A DNA stretch of 62,924 nt, counting the filler, from Licmophora abbreviata (Eukaryota), in the NCBI GenBank assembly GCA_900291995.1. It is 11 parts of 11 records of this genome, joined end to end, with 100 filler letters (N's around TTAATTAATTAA, not from the genome) between each part and the next. Parts side by side here need not be neighbours in the genome. Positions count along the whole stretch, not along the records: positions 51,217 to 59,984 come from OLMU01004808.1; positions 60,085 to 62,924 come from OLMU01004810.1; 9 more parts are not named here. One strand, given 5' to 3'. A program made the translations under genes and the position numbers. Positions 56,535 through 62,924 of the stretch are shown here, in pieces (position 1 is the stretch's first letter; every line of letters begins with the position of its first letter). The notes under the pieces are model-generated. The model was not told the DNA's origin, did no database searches, and saw nothing but the letters and a program-made list of their open reading frames with translations.

Positions 56535-59132
56535 ATGAAGTCCACGGAAAACACTGTCTTTGTGCGGTTCGTTCCGGCCTCTTCCGACATTCAGCGTCAT
56601 CACCTCGAAGACTACTTTGGCAACATTGGTCCGATCAAAAAGTGTAGCGTCATTCGAAAAGGCAACAACAACAAGACGTCTACCAATGATCAAACAGCCC
56701 TAGGGTACGGTTTTATCAAGTTTGTGAGTGCTCAGGATGCTGAACAAGCGGCCAAGACGACCAATGGACGTACGCTACGAGTGAACAACAAGACGTACCG
56801 ATTGAAGGTGGAACTGGCGTCGAATAGTATTACTGCTGCTGGCGGTGGTGCTACGAACAAGAGAGATCAGGTTCCACAGGGCACAGAGTCAAAGAGTCCT
56901 ATCGCTGCTTCTACTACTCCTACATCGAATACCGATGACGACGAAGACGAGCTACTTCGCAAACGAAAACGCACATGCCGTGTCATTGTCCGAAATCTGT
57001 CCTTCTACGCCAACGAAACACACATTCGTACAGTCTTACAACAACACTTTGGACCCATTGTGGAAATCACCTTGCCTCGTGTCGTTACGAACAATCAGTC
57101 CAGCAACAACAAGCAGCATCGCGGCTTTGCCTTTGTCACGTTTGAAACGGCTGCTGGGGCGCAAAAGGCCACGCAGCCTCGAGAGACGCCTATACTCATC
57201 AAGAAACGGCCTGTGGCGATTGATTATAGTGTGAGCAAGATGCAACATCAACAGGAGCAGAACAACAAAAGAAAATCGGATGATGAAGAGCAACAGAATC
57301 ATGAAGAGGAGGAGAATGCGGGTGAAGTGTCGGATGCCAGCACGAGCGGCAGTGACGATGATTCCGCTCCGAGCGACGATGAAAGCAACGATTCGGATGC
57401 GAGTGAGGCAGAGGAAACTATGAATGAGGACGACTCCAGTAGTATCAATGTAGAGGAGACGGCTCATCCAGACAAGCCGCCACCTCCACCGGTTGCGCCG
57501 GAACACGACGAGGCGGTGAAAGACAAGAGAACTCTGTTTGTTCGCAATCTCCCTTTTGATGCGACACGTCACGACTTGTTTGAGCTGCTTAGTGGATATG
57601 GCCACATTGCAAGTATTTACTTGGTCAAGGACAAGCAGACTGGTGTGGCCAAGGGCACGGCCTTTTGTTCTTTCCAGCAGGCGACAAGCGCGCAAAGGGT
57701 GCTAGATGATGCTGGAAGCACTAGCAGTGGCGGCTTTGTCACGCAGCGAGAAGGATCGACACCTTCTAGTACTATTTCTAATAGCGGTGGATTGTATCTT
57801 CGTGGTCGTCGACTGTTTGTGGATTTGGCTGTCGACAAGCGAACAGCCAGTACTCTGACGGCGGAGAAGCGACAGGATGGTACCAAGATTCATGGGAAGG
57901 ATCGACGAAACCTCTATCTGAAGATGGAAGGTCGCGTAGCGAATCAAGCGGACGGAGTCGGAGGAGACAATCTTGCATGGGAGAGTCTCCCCGAGAGTGA
58001 TCAGCTCAAACGACAGAGGGCGTTTGCTGAGAAAAATACCAAGCTTCGATCACCTCTATTCTTTATCAATCCGAATCGCTTGAGTATCCGAAATCTCGCC
58101 AAGCACGTAGATGAAGCCATGTTCAAGAAGTTGGTAGTGACAGCGACACGTCGTGGACTCGAAACTAATCTTGTAGCACAAGAAGACCAAGTGGCCCACT
58201 GGAGAGCAGGAGGCGAATTGACGACCCGAGATATTATTAAGAAAATCAGTGAAGCCAAAGAAAGAAATCGAGATGACAGTGTTATCCCTGTCTTCGACGA
58301 CAAGAATGTGAAAAAGTTCGTTCCGTCAGTCTTCATTGATCGAGATTTTACGACCAACAAGAAGGAAAAGGCCCCGAGTCGAGGATTTGGCTTTGTCGAT
58401 TTCCAGGAACATGCACATGCTCTCGCATGTCTTCGGGAGCTAAATAACAATCCTTACTATTCCGCAGAATTCGTCGCCGGTGGCAAGCGTGCTTCGGAGG
58501 CAAAGCGAAGTCTTAGCCGGAACAAAAGCAAGGTTGATCCGTCTCAACAAGACTTTGTTGGGGAAGATGGACGGGTCCAAGCTCCACGGCTCATTGTTGA
58601 CTTTACGGTAAGAAGATTGTTGGGTTGCGGCACGAATATATGCATGCCTTGTTCTTGTTGTGGCTAACGTCCAAAGCGCCCCTTGTTGGATCCTCTCCAG
58701 GTTGAAAACAAAGCCAAAGCGAAGAAGCAGGCAGAGCATCGGGTGCAACAACAGGCCAACATTGAAAAACAAAAGCTTGAGCGCAAGGAAAAGGTTCTCT
58801 CGGGCGAAGTTGAGGTGAAGAAGCAGAAAAAGAGCCGCGGGAAAGTCCAACGCGAAAAGAAGAGACAGAAACGAGAAGGAGATGGTGAAGCGACAGTGGA
58901 ATCAGCTCCAGAACCAAGGAAGAAGCCCCGAAAGGAACAAGACGACACGAAGAAGGTCAAGCCCATGAAGCCGCGAAAGAAGAAACGCAAATCCGACAAG
59001 GACGATGAGAAGTTTGAGTCATTGGTCGCCACCTATCGACATGAATCGTCCAGCATAATCAGTACGAAGGAACAGATCGGCGATGGTGCTGCCGAAAAGG
59101 CGCGCGACGCCAAGCGATGGTTCGAAGATTGA
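56535..59132 (+). CDS. NOP4: Nucleolar four-RRM 60S biogenesis factor Nop4/RBM28; 2 exons
   Basis: Four RRMs (GYGFIKF, RGFAFVTF, KGTAFCSF, RGFGFVDF), KDRRNLYL, HALACLRELNN; intron 58608-58700; C-terminal KRWFED. Confidence 0.93.
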
Positions 59133-59659
59133 AACGTGCGCGACGGACTAGGTTGCAACGCTACAGAAGTACCGGTACGGAAGTAATAAGCTAAAGAATG
59201 AACAACGCAACGCGCAAAAGGATCTAGCCGAGGCTAGGCACGGACTCAGCGCTGAGGCTTGGATACAACTTCGATATTGACAGCGTCAATCCATATTTGG
59301 AAAAGCGCAGGCTGCCACAGTACAAGAGGTGAAGGAAGCTCAAGTAACTCGAGCTTGATTCCCCCGCAGAACGTTAACAGGAAATATTGACGATCAAAAG
59401 TAGCTCAAAGGACTGTTTAGATCATTGGCTCGACTTGCCGGCCAGATTACTTGTGACATAAATTGCCGGCGCCCAAGCTAATTGACGTGCATAAGAAAGT
59501 CAGTGTATAGTGGTTATGTGATTGTAGTAACTTACGGGGGCGCCCACCATCAAATACTGGCAACCAACAAAGACAAAAGCATTAGTGGTGGGATCCCTCT
59601 GGCAACTGCTCGACTTTTCCCGTCACGAAAGGCGAAATAGCCGCCACTCTCTTCAAAGC

Positions 59660-59984
59660 TCAAATAGAGACAGGGCTTGCAAAAGGCGACGCCCCAATGG
59701 GGCTTTGTACGGGGCTGCTTGCAGGGATAACCGACGCTGATGGCTCTGATGAGGCCACCTCTGCTCCTGGAGCTTCGGCGCGTAACAAGACGGGGCTTGC
59801 AATGGGCGGAGATCCAATGGGACTGCGCACGGGGCCTGCAGGGGCAAACGACAGCGATATCGGAGCTATGGACGCAGATGACCTCGTTGTCTCGGCTACA
59901 GGAGATGTACCGCTGGACGGGGTCGTCGACGGTGCTACCGTGGCTATCGGATCTAAAGGGGCGCTTGGTGCCACAGAGGACGTT
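59660..59984 (-). CDS. 3' fragment of a Pro/Ser/Ala-rich mucin-like protein
   Basis: Frame open from the gap; SPIGSPPIASPV / SPIGASPFASPV repeats. Confidence 0.5.
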
Positions 59985-60084
59985 NNNNNNNNNNNNNNNN
60001 NNNNNNNNNNNNNNNNNNNNNNNNNNNNTTAATTAATTAANNNNNNNNNNNNNNNNNNNNNNNNNNNNNNNNNNNNNNNNNNNN
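59985..60084. other. Artificial scaffold spacer
   Basis: N44-TTAATTAATTAA-N44. Confidence 0.99.
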
Positions 60085-60507
60085 GGCATCCTGTGGGTAA
60101 CCTTTTACAAGCGGGCGCAGATCTGTGTGGGTGACTTGCAAGCATCACTCTCTTCATTCACCGACGACATTGCGCTACACGGCATGGACCAACTAACGAC
60201 CTTTGCCGACTATCGCGTGCCGCAGCTATTGCGACACCATGGTGTATTGGAGTATTCACAAGAGTTGTGCGACTTGGTAGATGCGAAACGACAAATTTCG
60301 GCGGGATCGAAACATGAACTGTCGATTCGAGCGGCTACTGTCGTGGCAGTTGTGGAGTTGGTGGAGTGTTACAACGAGATGGCAGCAATAAGTGTCACCA
60401 AGATGACCAGTGTGACCATGGACTGGCACCTGTGGCAAGTTGGCGAGAAGATGAATCAGGAAGGACAGCTGAAGCCCTTTCATCGAGTAAGAACAATCTT
60501 TTACTAG
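60085..60507 (+). CDS. QNG1: Queuosine salvage protein (DUF2419/QNG1), 3' part
   Basis: FYKRAQI.VGDL, LTTFADYRVPQLL, ELSIRA, DWHLW and PFHRVRTIFY*. Confidence 0.92.
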   Translation, partial: GILWVTFYKRAQICVGDLQASLSSFTDDIALHGMDQLTTFADYRVPQLLRHHGVLEYSQELCDLVDAKRQISAGSKHELSIRAATVVAVVELVECYNEMAAISVTKMTSVTMDWHLWQVGEKMNQEGQLKPFHRVRTIFY

Positions 60508-60993
60508 AGCTAGCATATCAACTACAGACATCAATCCATCCACCCTAAAGAATACCGGCACCGATCGCGTCGATCTGGAGGGTGGATATGATGCGCGGCG
60601 TGGTGGCTGATGGCTAGCCCGCCGACGTGCAGAGCACCTCTGAACGGAATGGTGTCAGGTGTATCATGACACTTATTGGGGTCACTATTTCCTATAAATA
60701 AATTGAAGTGCTCGCCAAGAGTATTTATACGGAGTCTTGCCAAAAAGTATCAGTTTCAAATCATCAGGCCCAGCGGTTGCAACAAAGTACCATGATGTTG
60801 ACAAGGTCTCCGTCGCTGCACCAGCAAATTCCCTGTCTGCCAGAGCTGGATCATACCGGATTGTCACCTGTAGTCAGAGGAGAGAGGGGAAGTACGAGGG
60901 CTGCTATCTCCGAGAAGCCAAAACTCAGATCTACTCAATCCGGCAGATGATCGAAACACTTCCTTGCCGTTTGCGGAGCTAACCATTAGCAGT

Positions 60994-61935
60994 ATGGTGA
61001 GTCAAGTAGGAGGATCGTTGCCGGAGAGTCCGAATGCCCGAAAACGAGTTGCGACTCGGAGATTGTCCATAGGGAGTTTCAGTATGGCGTCGTCTTCAAC
61101 AACTTCGATCGACCATGACCAACCGATCATGTCGGCGCAAGAGATGGCGCTACGACACATTCAGAACCAACAAATGCGGGCCATGAAGAAGCGACAACAC
61201 CTGGTGCGACGCAAGAAGAAGCGATCATCAGCAAATCACCAAGAAATGTCAGTGAAGACTTATGAGGAAGCAAATAGTACTAATTCGTTAGTCGGCACAA
61301 CGGAGGTGGACACACAACGGCGAGAAGAAGATATCCAAGAGAATCCATCCGACGACGACATGTTTTCCATGTTTGATTGGTCTGTTTCGGGAACTCATCG
61401 GCGATTTGGAAGTATCAAGTCTCGATCCACGTCCATGTTTGTCCCCAGGTTATCGTCCATTCGGTATCAAGATCAAGTCGATGAACGCAAAGGCTGGTCC
61501 GTCCGCTCGACAAGAAAAACGACTAGTTCACTGGGTATCGATACGGAGTCACTGGGCTCTCACGTCGCGAGGGCAAGAGTTCTTTGGAGGACCGCCTCAC
61601 AAATTGAAGACAGAAGTCCTCCGTTTAAGTCTGGCGTTCTCGACAAGGGTGAATCCTCAAGGAAGAGTAAACACAAGAGCAGCAAGAAGGCCAAGAAAAA
61701 GTCGCATGATCGTTCGCCGTCATCTGCCATGGAGAGTGCAGATACCCTATGCCGTCTTCAATGTTCTGTGTCGGGGTCACAGATGGAGACGTCCTCCTCA
61801 AGAACAAAGAAGACAAGCAATAGAAGTGAGACTCCTTCTCCACAAAAGAAGAATCAAACAAAGAGCATTCCGAGACGAAGCAAATTCGAGTCGAGTGAGC
61901 CTCGACATTCGAAACCGAGTGCCTCAGCTGCCTAG
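60994..61935 (+). CDS. Low-complexity Ser/Arg/Lys-rich hypothetical protein
   Basis: 313-codon ATG ORF; no domain recognised. Confidence 0.55.
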   Translation: MVSQVGGSLPESPNARKRVATRRLSIGSFSMASSSTTSIDHDQPIMSAQEMALRHIQNQQMRAMKKRQHLVRRKKKRSSANHQEMSVKTYEEANSTNSLVGTTEVDTQRREEDIQENPSDDDMFSMFDWSVSGTHRRFGSIKSRSTSMFVPRLSSIRYQDQVDERKGWSVRSTRKTTSSLGIDTESLGSHVARARVLWRTASQIEDRSPPFKSGVLDKGESSRKSKHKSSKKAKKKSHDRSPSSAMESADTLCRLQCSVSGSQMETSSSRTKKTSNRSETPSPQKKNQTKSIPRRSKFESSEPRHSKPSASAA

Positions 61936-62169
61936 AGAGTAGTGCACGTTATACACCTTGTTGATAGCTTGACGTATTATCGTTGAACTAACTGCGAATT
62001 GTGGAAATTCGTTTTGTCCAAGGTTTTGGTGTCGCACATGATAGTTTGCCTCGATCATAGCAGCCCCATTCTTTATGACTACTCATACTCATGGTCAGGA
62101 AGGTGGTCCTGCTCTAGGAATGCACAGATCACTAACCTGAGAGAGGTAGATCTGCCTTCCAAAGAGACG

Positions 62170-62924
62170 TCAATGATGGCCGCCAGAGCTGTCTTCCTCC
62201 GAATCTGATCCTCCTAACAGAGATGAACTCTGCTCTCTTTGAAACATGGACTTCGGGTTGACAGACCTCTGCCGCAAGAAAACTCCTCGTAATGCACCAC
62301 GAACCGATGTGCCACGTTGCATCCGTGAGTTTGGGTTTACTCTTCTAACACTTCTGGGGCCACTGGAGGACATGATTGCAGCAGAGACGGACTTGCTCTT
62401 TTCCAACATTGCCGAACGATAGGGCGGCATTCCGGTGATGGTGTCCGCCTCTTTTGTTTCCTTCGGGGTCTTCGATAGTTACCCACGATGCGTTGCTTCG
62501 GTCAGGTCGCACCCGATCTACGTGTCCATCCTTGCCTGGCTCAAACTGAAGAATAACACTGGTTTCTCCTACCGTGCTATCCCCCATTGTGCTGTGACTC
62601 GATATCTTTGGAAAGGCGGGCCTCCATGGCAGCTCCTTGGGCCCAGGACTACGTTTTGTGGAAACTTCCGTAGATTCAGCCTGTTCCGAGACCTTGTTTG
62701 TAGTTCCTTGGATCTCGAGCCTCAACGTTTCGGGTTCCCGGTCCACTCCTGGGGCTGGCGTGTCTATTGTCAAGAAACGATTCAACTTTCCAGCTATGTC
62801 GCCGGCTCCCTGTAAGGAGGGTAGGTGGACATCCAACTCAACTTTCTCGAGATTCCCGTTCGTTACTCCCTCGTTATGCTGTCCTTTCTTAATCAAGCGT
62901 TGGGCTGCCCCTTCATCTCTTTTC
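62170..62924 (-). CDS. 3' part of a hypothetical protein entering from the window edge; structure uncertain (two overlapping frames)
   Basis: Frame open from 62923 to 62345; a second ORF 62430-62170 in another frame; no motif recognised. Confidence 0.3.

Noticed and set aside
11164..60084. Ten recurring TTAATTAATTAA motifs in N runs, and ORFs ending ...XXXLIN
   Set aside because: Artificial six-frame-stop scaffold spacers of identical length; not a biological repeat or CRISPR array.

Overview
Eukaryotic nuclear DNA, most likely a diatom or related photosynthetic stramenopile. Evidence: short GT-AG introns, several bipartite plastid presequences with ASAFAP-like motifs, and HSF/AP2 transcription factors. 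The window is a gapped scaffold with ten artificial 100-bp N44-TTAATTAATTAA-N44 spacers. At least two genes read across a spacer, so the contigs appear collinear. About 37 protein-coding genes or fragments and one tRNA-Pro(CGG) are supported. They include a CLC exchanger, mS33, an AP2 factor, a GH5, a TrmB-like methyltransferase, TXNDC9, a SOUL protein, a TauD dioxygenase, a desaturase, CCT4, peroxisomal MFP, two fucosyltransferase-like genes, a RING E3, a SUMO-like/BTB fusion, GDPD, a secretory kinase, a ferredoxin-MBL protein, an MFS transporter, an HSF, ZCCHC9, RPL39 (absent from the ORF track), NOP4 and QNG1. The most striking structure is at 4997-7855: an intronless, header-less Crinkler/RHS-type NTPase + restriction-endonuclease-fold gene on a 2.28-kb insert. 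The insert is bracketed by a 291-bp ungapped direct repeat of the neighbouring gene's 3' end, which looks like a very long target-site duplication of a candidate mobile element. All family assignments come from motif recognition by eye; no searches were run.
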